Part shown: positions 1 to 10,641 of the stretch, piece by piece | Layout: each line of letters begins with the position of its first letter | How positions within the stretch are numbered: position 1 is the first letter of the stretch | Translations under genes and position numbers: made by a program | From: Planktothrix sp. GU0601_MAG3 | GTDB lineage: Bacteria; Cyanobacteriota; Cyanobacteriia; Cyanobacteriales; Microcoleaceae | Direction: 5' to 3' | Assembly (NCBI GenBank): GCA_035193785.1 | Contig: CP136572.1 | Location: 2,004,578-2,068,577, forward strand | Length of the DNA stretch: 64,000 bases | The notes under the pieces: model-generated | Database searches by the model: none | The model's input: only the letters and a program-made list of their open reading frames with translations | Told to the model about the DNA's origin: nothing

Positions 1-690
1 CACAAGCCAGTGAAACAGGCGGAAACTTCAACATCAGGAGCCAGACAGGTTTTAAGCCTAGCAGAAAATGGTAATGAATTAGTTAAGCAAACTTTGCTAG
101 AAATGAACCAAATGAAAGAAAAAGTTGAGGCTATCGCGGAACAAATTTTACGCCTGAGTGAACAAACTAATCAAATTGGGAATATCTCCCAATTAGTAGG
201 TGATTTAGCCAACCAAACCAATATGTTAGCACTCAATGCCGCCGTGGAAGCCGTCCGAGCCGGAGAATATGGAAAAGGGTTTTCGGTCGTGGCTTCAGAA
301 ATTAGAAAATTAGCCGATGAAAGTCAAAAATCCGCCCATCAAATTAATAATTTAGTAATGGGAATTAAACAATCTAATAATTCGACCGGAGTAGTCACCG
401 AAGCTGGAATTAAAAGTGTGGTAAATACCCTGGATTTAGCCCAAAAAACCGCTTCTGCTTTTAACGATATGTCCATAGAACTGAGTAATATTGTTCAGAG
501 TTCTCAGCAAATTTCATTAAATTCTAAACAGCAAGCCGTAGCAATTCAACAGGTCGTTGTGGCGATGAATAATCTTAATAAAAATGCTCGGGATAGTAGT
601 CTGGGTATGGGTCAAATTAAGCTCGGAATTCAAAAACTCAGTGATGCTGCTTTTGATTTAAAAGATATTGTCCAAGAAACATCAAAATAA
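1..690 (+). CDS. Methyl-accepting chemotaxis protein, C-terminal signalling domain (5'-truncated by window)
   Basis: MCP signature [37 protein letters not shown]. Confidence 0.93.
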   Translation, partial: HKPVKQAETSTSGARQVLSLAENGNELVKQTLLEMNQMKEKVEAIAEQILRLSEQTNQIGNISQLVGDLANQTNMLALNAAVEAVRAGEYGKGFSVVASEIRKLADESQKSAHQINNLVMGIKQSNNSTGVVTEAGIKSVVNTLDLAQKTASAFNDMSIELSNIVQSSQQISLNSKQQAVAIQQVVVAMNNLNKNARDSSLGMGQIKLGIQKLSDAAFDLKDIVQETSK

Positions 691-834
691 TCAGTCATCA
701 GTTATCAGTTATCATTTATCAGTCATCAGTTATCAGTTAAAGAGTTAAAAATAAGTCACAGTTTTTTCAATTCGTAAAAATCTTAGCAGCCTGTTCTTTA
801 TTCCCTATTCCCTATTCCCTGTTCCCTATTCCCT
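690..834. repeat. Heptamer short tandem repeats (TCAGTTA/TCAGTCA at 690-738; CCCTATT type at ~799-834)
   Basis: Imperfect heptamer runs; similar runs at ~2490-2570, 20350-20382, 21845-21876, 23181-23250 and 35708-35740. Confidence 0.8.
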
Positions 835-850
835 TCCATAACCAAAAAAT

Positions 851-2558
851 ATGATTATTAAAGAAACAACTTCTCTAATTACCCGGGATGGAATTAGACT
901 GGATGCGGATATTTATCGACCTGATACGGAGGAAAAATTACCCGTTTTATTAATGCGACAACCCTATGGGAAAGCGATCGCTTCTACCGTTGTTTATGCC
1001 CATCCAAAATGGTATGCTAAACAGGGGTATATTGTAGTAATTCAAGATGTGAGAGGTCGGGGAACCTCGGAGGGCGAATTTAAACTTTTTACTAATGAAA
1101 TAGAGGACGGGTTAGATACTATTAATTGGGTTGCTAATCTTCCCAATAGTAACGGTCAGGTGGGAATGTATGGATTTTCCTATCAAGGATTAACTCAAGT
1201 TTATGCTGCTTCCGGTCGCCCAAAAGCATTAAAAACTATTTGTCCGGCGATGATGAGTCATAATTTATATGGGGATTGGGCCTATGAAGGGGGGGCTTTT
1301 TGTTTATATGCTAACTTAGGATGGGCGATTCAAATTTCCGCCGAAACAGCCCGATTAAAAGGGGATAAAATAGCCTATAATTCTCTGTATCAAGCCTCTC
1401 GAAATTTACCCTTTTTTGATTCTATTCCTGCTAGTCCAGATGTGTTGAAAATCTACGATTCAGATTCATTTTATCACGAATGGTTAGCCCATGATAAACC
1501 CGATGAATATTGGCAAAATCTATCTCCTAAATTAGATGATTTAGACTTACCAATGCTGCATATTGGGGGATGGTTTGATACCTATTTAAGAGGAAACAAT
1601 TAATTTTTATCAAGAAATGGTCAAGCGTAGTTGCTCCCCCCAATATTTAATTGTTGGCCCCTGGGCGCATCTTCCCTGGGGGAGAAAGGTTGGGTCTGTG
1701 AATTATGGGTTGACCGCATCTAGCTTTATTGATAGCCTCCAAATTCAATGGTTTGATACCTTTTTAAAAGGCAAAGAAAATACAATTTTTAATCAAAATC
1801 AGGTTTGTTTGTTTGAGATGGGAAGTCAAGAATGGCGGCAATTTAAACAATGGCCTTCATCGCCCTCCCAGATTTATTATTTATCAACTAATGGGTTGGC
1901 AAATTTGCGAGAAGATGGGGGAATTTTGACGCCAATTTGTCCTGACAATTCCCAAGAAGATGTCTTTGTTAATGACCCTTGGCGTCCGGTTCCCGCCCTC
2001 GGAGGTCACGCCATGTATCCCACGGGTTCCTTTGACCGTTCTACCTTAGATTGTCGCAGTGATATTGTTACTTATACCTCGGAACCCTTGAGTCAAGATT
2101 TACATTTAGTGGGGGATTTAGCAGTAGAAATTTATTGTACAGCAGACAAACCGACCTTTGATTTATCTGCGGTTTTATCAGAAGTTAAACCCGATGGAAC
2201 TGTCTATAATTTTAGTCAAGGGTATCAACGATTTACTTCTGTTAAATCTAACACAAATAATGATTTTAGTCAAGATAAAAATATAAATTATTATCAAATT
2301 AAATTGCAGCCTACTTGTATTAAAATTCCTCAAAACCATTGTTTACGTTTAAGTATTAGTGGGGCTTGTTTTCCAGCTTATCCTGTTAACTCAGGAACGG
2401 AAAAACCCCTCAATCAAACCCATTTAATGGAGCAGGAAATTATCACGTTAACGATTCATTCTGGGGGTAATTTCCCCTCAAAAATTATACAGGGAACAGG
2501 GAACAGGCTGCGTCGTGAGCCTGTCGAACGAGAACAGGGAATAGGGAATAGGGAATAG
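851..2558 (+). CDS. CocE/NonD family hydrolase (peptidase S15), split by +1 frameshift at 1593
   Basis: RDGIRLDADIYRP, QDVRGRGTSEG, nucleophile G-FSY-G, GPWAH; removing one A at GGAAAC joins ORFs 851 and 1617. Confidence 0.92.
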
Positions 2559-2661
2559 AGAATAGAGAATAGGCTGCGTCGTGAGCCTGTAGAACGAGAA
2601 CCGGGAACCGGATTATCAAATCTTCCCTTACAAGGTTAATCTTAAAGTTCCAATTTTCCCA

Positions 2662-4928
2662 TTACGAAGGGGGGTTAGGGGGGTCAACTTTTAACAGCTT
2701 AATATTTTGATAAAGTTGATTCAGATATTTTTCAACCTCTGGAGGTTTAGCCGTAAACTCCACATAAAAAGCTCCCGGGTTCGCCGATTTTTCTAGGACT
2801 TTTGCATAAATATCATCACTCCATTGTTCTGATTCTAATTTAATATTAAGTTTTAAATTAGCCAACGCCCCAGGAATAATATTATTATTCGCCTCCATAA
2901 CAATTAAACCTCTTTTTTCCGATAATTCCACCAAATTCCCCATTAAAATACTATCGCTGATATGTTTTCCTTCTAAAATAAAATATTGTAATAAAATGGG
3001 AGTAGGCATCGGATAAAAATGCTGTTCCTGTTTAGAAATAAACAGATTATAGCTTCCGGCAATTCCCCCCACTTCATAAATAGTAATCGGCTTTTTAACT
3101 CCCTTGGGTTGAACTAATTTTTGATTTTCAATCTTAATTAAATTCCGACCCGCTTGATTTAAGGTCATTTCAGAAACCAAGATTTGTCCAGCCGTTGTAT
3201 AGGATTCAATCCGATAGGTTAAATTAACTTGACTTCCTACAACCCCATATTTTGTGCGTTTTTCTGAACCAATATTTCCCACCACAACTTCCCCCGTATT
3301 AATCCCAATTCCCATGTCTAAAGGAGATAAATTCCACGTTTGTAATTGTTTCATTCACCTTCTCCATGGCTAATTGCATAGCTACCGCACAAGCAATCGC
3401 CCTTTGAGCATCATCTTCTCGCAAGGTAGGAGCACCAAATAAGACTAAAATTCCATCCCCCATAAACTCATCAATAGTTCCTTGATAGAGAGTAATTACA
3501 TCAGCCATGCAGGATAAATAAAAGTTTAAAATTTTAACCACTTCTTCCGGTTGTAAACGTTCTGAAAGGGCTGTAAATCCGCGTAAATCCGAGGTTAAAA
3601 TGGTGATTTTTCGGCGTTCTCCCCCCAGTTTTAAACCTTCGGGTTTTTCTAATAAATTAGAAACAATTTCAGCACTCAAATAACGTCCAAAAATATTCCT
3701 AATATCCGAAGCCGAACGGGCAATATAAGCAGTAATGGCAATGGCCGAACCCGCCAAAGCTAAAAAGGGAGGAACCACCGGAATCCACCATCCTTGGATA
3801 AAGAAAAGATAGGTACTTCCCAGTAAAATTCCCGTCGCTAAGATGAAAATTGAAAACTGTCGAATAATTAATAATCGGACTGTAGCCGATGCTCTAAATT
3901 TCCAGGTTAAAATTGCTCCGGTTCCCGACCAAATAAATATCCAAATCCATTCTAAAGTATCGGGTAACGTCTTAATTAACGGACGACTATCTAAGGCCGC
4001 ACTAATAATTTGACTGGCAATATGAGCATGAACTTCTACCCCCGCCATCCGTTGATTAGCTGATAATGTATAGGGAGTAGACATTAAATCTTTGAAACTT
4101 TCCCCGACGGAACCGATTAAAATAATTCGATTTTCCCCCCAATCTTTAGGGAGTTTATCGGTTAAAATATCCCGAAAAGAAACAATCTCAAAACTGCGAT
4201 TATATCCCCGATAATTTAAAAATATTTGATATCCTCCAGCATCAGCCCGCACATAGCCGCCATCATTTTTAGTCAAGGGTTGAAAAATAGTGTCTTTGAA
4301 TTTCCACCAATTATTAGTTTCTGGAACAATTTCCGGTGAAATCCCTTGAGCGTCCAAATAAAACATGGCTAAAAATAAACCCAAACTGTAAATTGGTTGT
4401 TTTTGATCATTTTTAACCACTAATAACGCCCGTCGAATAATATTATCTTCATCTAAAATTAAATCATTGGCTGCTACTCGATTTTTTTCTTTTAAAATTG
4501 GAGGGGCGGCAACGGATTCTAAGGATTTATCCCCTACAACTTTTTCAATTCCCAGTAAATTAGGAGTTTCTGCCAAGATTTTAATTAACTGTTCGTGACC
4601 GGGTTCAAAGGGTAAATCTCGATAAATGTCTAAGCCAATAACCGTAGGTTTCATGGCGACCAATTTCTCGATTAATTGAGCATAAATTTGGTCAGGGACA
4701 TAACCTTGACCAATATATTTCATATCGGCTTCATCTAACCCTACAATTGCAATCCTTTTATCCCTAGGTTTCCGGGGGACGTAGACGCATATATTGGTCA
4801 TAAACTGCCCATTCCCAGGACTGTAAAATCCCAGAAAAACGCAGTAGAATTACTAAACCTGCCATGACTGGGGTTGTAATCCAAACACCACGCCACTCCC
4901 ACACTAATTGTCTGGTTTTTGCCCTCAT
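2662..4928 (-). CDS. CHASE2-domain class III adenylate/guanylate cyclase (+1 frameshifts at 4768 and 3348)
   Basis: CHASE2 motifs ([20 protein letters not shown]), transmembrane helices, cyclase motifs [25 protein letters not shown] at 4928. Confidence 0.92.
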
Positions 4929-4961
4929 AGAGCCTATTTTTAGAATATATGCTTTACCTTA

Positions 4962-5735
4962 CTAGGGTTTAGATTGATAATCAGAATTACTCAACGTTGT
5001 TTCTGGCGCAAAGGGAGCTTCTACAATTTGTTGGTTAATTTTAATAGAAGTGAGAAACTCTTTCCATAATTCCGGTTCAACGTTTCGCAATTGAGCCATG
5101 ATCATTAAGGTATCTTGCCAGAGGTTTTCTCGAGCATAAAGTTCAGCTTTTTTTAAGGGACTTTGAGCTTTTTCTATTTCATTTTTGAATGTAGGATTGA
5201 GTTCATTTCGCTGAATAGAAACCTTCAAAGTATCAATAAATTCTTGTTCCTCCGTTCCACAGGTAATCGAAAACATCCATTGATATTGACTTCCGGTTTC
5301 TAAGGTGACGGTTTCAGGGAGTTGAATCTGTACAATACTTGGTTTTAAAGGAAGTTGCACGACCGTCGTGTAAACATCTTTGCCCTGTTGATTAATCAGA
5401 ACAAATTCACCCGTTTTTACCTTAGATTCAGGCACATAAACAAAAAATGTGGGACGAGCAGAAACCGTTGAGGTCTTCCGACTGGGGACTAAGGCGGTCA
5501 TTTTTGTATTTCCTATACCACACTCACTGGCGGAAATGGTTTCACCCCCTCGGGTTCCTCCTCCAGCCGTACTCACTGGCCCATCTCCATCGGGTGTGGG
5601 GGGAAATTGCAAACTGATTTGCATGGGGGTATTGACAGGATTGTTCACCAGTGGAGCCATAGTCGCGAGACTCGCAGCAGTCGGTAATAGAATGCCCAAA
5701 ATCAGACTGGAAAAACCAACAGACTTGATAACCAT
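4962..5735 (-). CDS. DUF928 domain protein
   Basis: GGGTRG, PTFFVYVP, YQWMFSITC, LYARENLWQD; next to CHASE2/CHAT genes. Start uncertain: ORF is open to 5828. Confidence 0.85.
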   Translation of the reverse strand: MVIKSVGFSSLILGILLPTAASLATMAPLVNNPVNTPMQISLQFPPTPDGDGPVSTAGGGTRGGETISASECGIGNTKMTALVPSRKTSTVSARPTFFVYVPESKVKTGEFVLINQQGKDVYTTVVQLPLKPSIVQIQLPETVTLETGSQYQWMFSITCGTEEQEFIDTLKVSIQRNELNPTFKNEIEKAQSPLKKAELYARENLWQDTLMIMAQLRNVEPELWKEFLTSIKINQQIVEAPFAPETTLSNSDYQSKP

Positions 5736-5930
5736 GAGATTATGCCTCTTTAAATATCCATTGTAATGATCCCTAAGATGCACTATCGGGATCAAAAAAT
5801 CTATATCCTTTTTTTTGCGAGTTTCCACACCAAATCAGTAGATGACGGGGACTTACTCCTCCGAGACTGTTTAATCACTTCAGAAGTTGCCAAAAGGCTA
5901 TTTTTTTAAGAAGATTTATATAATATTTTG

Positions 5931-6431
5931 GAGTCTAAAATTCTAAATATCCCCACCGTTTGGGCTAAGTTTGTCGAAGCCTACAATAATAGAGTCTAAA
6001 ATTCTAAATATCCCCACCGTTCGGGCTGAGTTTGTCGAAGCCTACAATAATAGAGTCTAAAATTCTAAATATCCTCACCGTTCGGGCTGAGTTTGTCGAA
6101 GCCTACAATAATAGAGTCTAAAATTCTAAATATCCTCACCGTTCGGGCTGAGTTTGTCGAAGCCTACAATAATAGAGTCTAAAATTCTAAATATCCCCAC
6201 CGTTCGGGCTGAGTTTGTCGAAGCCTTCAATAATAGAGTCTAAAATTCTAAATATCCCCACCGTTCGGGCTGAGTTTGTCGAAGCCTACAATAATAGAGT
6301 CTAAAATTCTAAATATCCCCACCGTTCGGGCTGAGTTTGTCGAAGCCTACAATAATAGAGTCTAAAATTCTAAATATCCCCACCGTTCGGGCTGAGTTTG
6401 TCGAAGCCTTCAATAATAGAGTCTAAAATTC
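5931..6431 (+). repeat. Tandem array: 8 full 61-bp units plus a 13-bp partial unit
   Basis: Unit GAGTCTAAAATTCTAAATATCC(C/T)CACCGTTCGGGCTGAGTTTGTCGAAGCCT(A/T)CAATAATA starts at 5931, 5992, 6053, 6114, 6175, 6236, 6297, 6358 and 6419 (partial). Confidence 0.97.
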
Positions 6432-6452
6432 CCATCTTTGAGGACTAAAATC

Positions 6453-6824
6453 ATGTCATTTTGGGTTTATATCCTCCGTTGTGCAGACGGTAGCTATTAC
6501 ACGGGACATACTGACAATCTTGACCAGCGATTTGCTGAACATACAACTGGAGCTATAGCATCCTGCTACACCTATCAGCGTCGCCCTGTAGAATTAGTCT
6601 TTTCTCAGGAATTTGCAACCAGGGAAGAGGCGTTGGCTTCGGAGCGTCAAATTAAGGGGTGGAGCCGGAAGAAGAAGGAAGCTATGATGCTTGGAGATTG
6701 GGCTGAGGTGTCACGTCTGGCTCGCTCTTACTCTGCTCAAATCCCAAATCACAACGTTCAGACTTCGATAAACTCAGGCCAAATGTCCTTCGACAAGCTC
6801 AGGACGAACGGGGAGGATATTTGA
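6453..6824 (+). CDS. GIY-YIG nuclease family protein (UPF0213-like)
   Basis: WVYILRCADGSYYTGHT..L.QRFAEH, EEALASERQIKGWSRKKK; GAGGA RBS before ATG 6453. Confidence 0.93.
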   Translation: MSFWVYILRCADGSYYTGHTDNLDQRFAEHTTGAIASCYTYQRRPVELVFSQEFATREEALASERQIKGWSRKKKEAMMLGDWAEVSRLARSYSAQIPNHNVQTSINSGQMSFDKLRTNGEDI

Positions 6825-6894
6825 TACTCCTGAATATTCCGGCGACTCTCTAATTTCTCCAAACGACAAGCTCAGGACGAACGGGGAGGATATT
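6763..6894 (-). repeat. Inverted copies of the 61-bp-array core motif
   Basis: Reverse complement of 6788-6822 (AAATATCCTCCCCGTTCGTCCTGAGCTTGTCGAAG) matches the CCTC array variant at 31/35; further copies at 6864-6894 and 6763-6777. Confidence 0.9.
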
Positions 6895-6905
6895 GCAAGA
6901 TAGAT

Positions 6906-9635
6906 TTAATCTTGAATTCCTCGCCATTCTCCTTGTAAAGTAAACCCTGACCAATAGTAGGGGGGTACCCATCCTGAATCGTTTTGCATCTGAATTTGAG
7001 CCTGTCGTAAAGCCGCCCCAGGAGCTAATCCTTCCTCTAATATTCCTTTATAAAATTTAACCATTAATTCGGCTGTTGATTGGTCATCAACTTTCCATAA
7101 ACTCACCACCACTCGACTTGCTCCCGCATACATAAATCCCCTAGTTAAACCAACTAATCCTTCCCCTTTGATCTCTTGACCTAATCCTGTTTCACAGGCA
7201 CTTAATACCACTAATTCTGCGGGTAAACTTAGGTTAAAGATATCATAAAGTCGTAAAAATCCATTCTGAGATTCTCCATTTTGATTAACTAAAGAAAAAA
7301 CTAAACCTGATAACTGAGGATTTTCACTATTGAGTAAACCATGGGTGGCAAAATGCACAAAACGGTATTGACTTAATTGGGGATTGGTTGCGGTTTCTCG
7401 ACTAGCATTAAAACCCACTTCTTGTAAACTATTGTCTTCAGGAACTAACCCTAAAATTTGGTTTGCTTCTTCTTGGGTAAAGGGTAAACGATCAAATAAA
7501 ACCCCCGATTCTCTGGCGGAACGTTCTAAATCTGGAGGAAGCGCTTTCAGTGCTTGAAGAACAACGGATTTTAAGCGATCATCTGTGGAAGCAAATACGG
7601 GATCAGCTAATACAGCTAAGAGTTTTTCTGGGGGTTTTCGATTTTGATTTTCTTCCCGCATAATTCCCAAAACTGAAGCCGAAGGTAGGGTTAATAATTC
7701 ATGATTTATAATTAAAGGAATCGCCTCGCTATCCCCAGGGGCTCCCGGTTCGGGAAGGGCGGCAAAAGGAACATATTGTAATGCACCATCGGCGACAATC
7801 AATAATCGTTTATTTTTTAAGGATGGGATTAAGGGGAAAGCAATTTGGGTCAGGGCTTTTCCCGTTTCTTCGTATAGCGATCGCCGCAATCTTTTACTAG
7901 GTAAAATCAGATTATCTCTAAAGTTTTTAACGGCGGTTTCAATAGTTTTTTCTGGGGGTAATTCATAACTTTTGATAGAATTAGGAGTAACGGCCCATAA
8001 ATAACTGCGTTCTTTGCCGACGGCATATTCTAATAAAACCGTCTGGTCATCTAATAACTTTTGAATCCCAGTTAGAGTTAAGGGTTGGGGTTGAGTTAAG
8101 GTGGCATAATGGGGATTATTTACCCGAATGGTATCTAAAACTTGGCTATAGTCTTGGAGTAAGATTTCAATTTCTTGGTTGAGTTCCTGTTTCTGTTGAT
8201 TCGTATGGGGCTGACTCAAAAGTTTAACTCGCTGTTCTTCTAAAGTCGATAATTTTTGTTTTAAGGTTTGTTTTTTAGTTAAAAGTTGGGGGTCAATTCC
8301 CGAGGTCACTTCTCCTTGAGCTTGAGCTAAAATATCTAATAGGGATCTAGCCTTTGCTCGTTCACTAATTTGTAAGGCTTTTCCATCCCATCCTTGATTC
8401 GGTTGTTGTTGATTCAGTTGCATTAACAAATCAATATAGAATTGGTAATAGTCCTGTTTAGATGCTAAAAAAGAGGCTCTTAAGTCTTGACTATTAATCT
8501 TAGTTCGTAAATCTTCAACAATAGTTAAAGCCGTTTCAATTTGGGCGATCGCCTCTGCAAAATTACCCTTTTTTCGTTCAACTGTCGCCACTCGATATCG
8601 AGATAAGGCTTCTTTTGGTTGATCGCCGATTTCTTGACGAATTTTTAAAGATTGATGATATAATTCTAAGGATTTCTCTAACTTGTTTTGCTGAAAATAA
8701 ATAAACCCGATATTATTTAGGGTACTGGCTTCTCCGGTGCGATCGCCAATTTTCTGCCAGAAATTTAAGGCTTGATTATAGGTTTCTAAAGCTGAATCTA
8801 ATCGATTCAAATTTGCATAAACAAAACCAATATTATTTAAGGTTGCGCCTTTCCCACGCTGCACGTTAACCGCCACACTATCCCCAAATTTATTAATAAC
8901 TTCTTCCCATAAAGCCAAGGCTTGTTGATTATGCTTGAGGGCGACTTCAAACCGATTTAATTCCGACTCCACCTGGGCAATATTATTTAAAACCGCCGCT
9001 ACATTCGTAGGGTTTCCTAAAGGTTTAACCCCAACCAAGGCTTGATTATAATAATTTAGAGCTTGTTGAAATTCTCCTAAATTAAAATAAATCAAAGCCA
9101 TCTCATTTAAAGTGGCGATTTCTCCGGTTTTAAAATTAGTTTTTTGCCATAAAGGGAAGGTTTGATTTAGAGTATCTAAGGCTTTTTGATATTCCCCTAA
9201 TTGACCATAAATCTTAGCGATAGAAATTAACGTTGTGGCTTGGGTTTGTTGATCTTCCAAGGTTTGAGTTAAAACCAATAATTGATTATAACAATTAATC
9301 GCTTTGGGATATTCTCCTAAACTACTATAAACAGAACATAAAAAATTACGAGTCATCAATTCCTGCTGAGGGTTATTAGCTTCTCGCCCCAGACGTAACC
9401 CTTCTTCCCATTGTTGAATCGCCCCCCGAAAGCCAGCTATCGTCCCCTCTCGATAACGTTTTATCCCTTGATTAAAGATATCTTCTGCCTTAGAATTAGA
9501 ATTAGTGATTTCTGTAGATTGCCCTTCCCTTGCGATCGCCGGGAGAAGGATTCCAGAAACTAAAAAAGACCCCAGAATCAGGAGGCAAAACCAGGCCAAC
9601 AAAAATTGATTTCTGCGTCTATTACTGTGTATCAT
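6906..9635 (-). CDS. TPR-repeat and CHAT (caspase-like) domain protein
   Basis: N-terminal hydrophobic segment, TPRs, CHAT motifs VHFATHG and LVVLSACETG. Confidence 0.93.
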   Translation of the reverse strand: MIHSNRRRNQFLLAWFCLLILGSFLVSGILLPAIAREGQSTEITNSNSKAEDIFNQGIKRYREGTIAGFRGAIQQWEEGLRLGREANNPQQELMTRNFLCSVYSSLGEYPKAINCYNQLLVLTQTLEDQQTQATTLISIAKIYGQLGEYQKALDTLNQTFPLWQKTNFKTGEIATLNEMALIYFNLGEFQQALNYYNQALVGVKPLGNPTNVAAVLNNIAQVESELNRFEVALKHNQQALALWEEVINKFGDSVAVNVQRGKGATLNNIGFVYANLNRLDSALETYNQALNFWQKIGDRTGEASTLNNIGFIYFQQNKLEKSLELYHQSLKIRQEIGDQPKEALSRYRVATVERKKGNFAEAIAQIETALTIVEDLRTKINSQDLRASFLASKQDYYQFYIDLLMQLNQQQPNQGWDGKALQISERAKARSLLDILAQAQGEVTSGIDPQLLTKKQTLKQKLSTLEEQRVKLLSQPHTNQQKQELNQEIEILLQDYSQVLDTIRVNNPHYATLTQPQPLTLTGIQKLLDDQTVLLEYAVGKERSYLWAVTPNSIKSYELPPEKTIETAVKNFRDNLILPSKRLRRSLYEETGKALTQIAFPLIPSLKNKRLLIVADGALQYVPFAALPEPGAPGDSEAIPLIINHELLTLPSASVLGIMREENQNRKPPEKLLAVLADPVFASTDDRLKSVVLQALKALPPDLERSARESGVLFDRLPFTQEEANQILGLVPEDNSLQEVGFNASRETATNPQLSQYRFVHFATHGLLNSENPQLSGLVFSLVNQNGESQNGFLRLYDIFNLSLPAELVVLSACETGLGQEIKGEGLVGLTRGFMYAGASRVVVSLWKVDDQSTAELMVKFYKGILEEGLAPGAALRQAQIQMQNDSGWVPPYYWSGFTLQGEWRGIQD

Positions 9636-9784
9636 AATTTAATTCCTGCTTAAACTCAATTTTTGAGGATCAGGTTGTTAAAAGTTTATGATCAATAATT
9701 ATGATCAATAATAGGGATTATCTTACCCTGATCCGTGATCAAGAGTTTCTAATTATTGAAAGTTTCTCATTTTCTTCTTAACTT

Positions 9785-10562
9785 ATGTTCACGATTCCTA
9801 TTTTTTCTGCATCATTTCTGAGTTTCTCAACCTAATCGGGACTGGAAGCTAATTTTAAAGGGTTTCAGCGCTGGAGTTTCCCTAGTTTTGAGTCTGGGAC
9901 TGTTTCAAAGACCAACGCTTGCTCAAATTGATCTTGCCATCATCCTAGAAATTATCGATGGAGATCAAGTTTTTATTCAAGAAAATCAAGCTAAAGTAGA
10001 AGACCAAGCGGAATTGGGACAAATTATTGTCACAAAAGAATCTCGCGCTGGGGTTATATTTAATAATGGTGCATCGGGACGCATGAATACTAACTCCCAA
10101 ATTGCCGTCGGTCAATGTGTAGAAATTAAACAGGGACAAATATTAGTTAGTGGCCCGGTTAATGGATGTATTGCTGGGCTGACTGTTGGTGTTCAAGGAA
10201 CAATTTATATCATGGAAATGACCGATGGAAAAACAGGTAATATTAAAGTTTTAGAAGGCACTGTGGAAGTCACCTCCGCCGATGGAACAGGAGAACCCAT
10301 ACAAGTTACCGAAGGACAAAAAGTATCTATTTTCCAGGGCATTTTAAGTCAAGTGATTCCCATGACTCCAGAAGAAATATCCTCTATTTTACTCGGTGAA
10401 TTATTCTCCGGGTTTAATATTCCTATTACTCCCCAAGGATTATTATCTTCCGTTTGTTCTCGTCTTTTACCCGGGTTTACCTGTTCCCAAAATGGGATTC
10501 CCACCCCAGCCATTCCCACCCCTCCTATTCCAACGCCTCCAATTCCACGTTTACCATTTTAA
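9785..10562 (+). CDS. FecR-like domain protein with Pro-rich tail (+1 frameshift at 9822)
   Basis: VGVQGT, IKVLEGTVEV; removing one T at 9822-9826 extends ORF 9888 to ATG 9785. Confidence 0.65.
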
Positions 10563-10641
10563 ATGATTAATAGGTAATAGCTAATAAACTGGTAACTGAT
10601 GACTGATGTAATAATGATAGAATCTATAACTGTAAACAATT

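Noticed and set aside
5931..6431. CRISPR array
   Set aside because: Units are near-identical over their whole length, with no unique spacers, and no cas genes are in the window.
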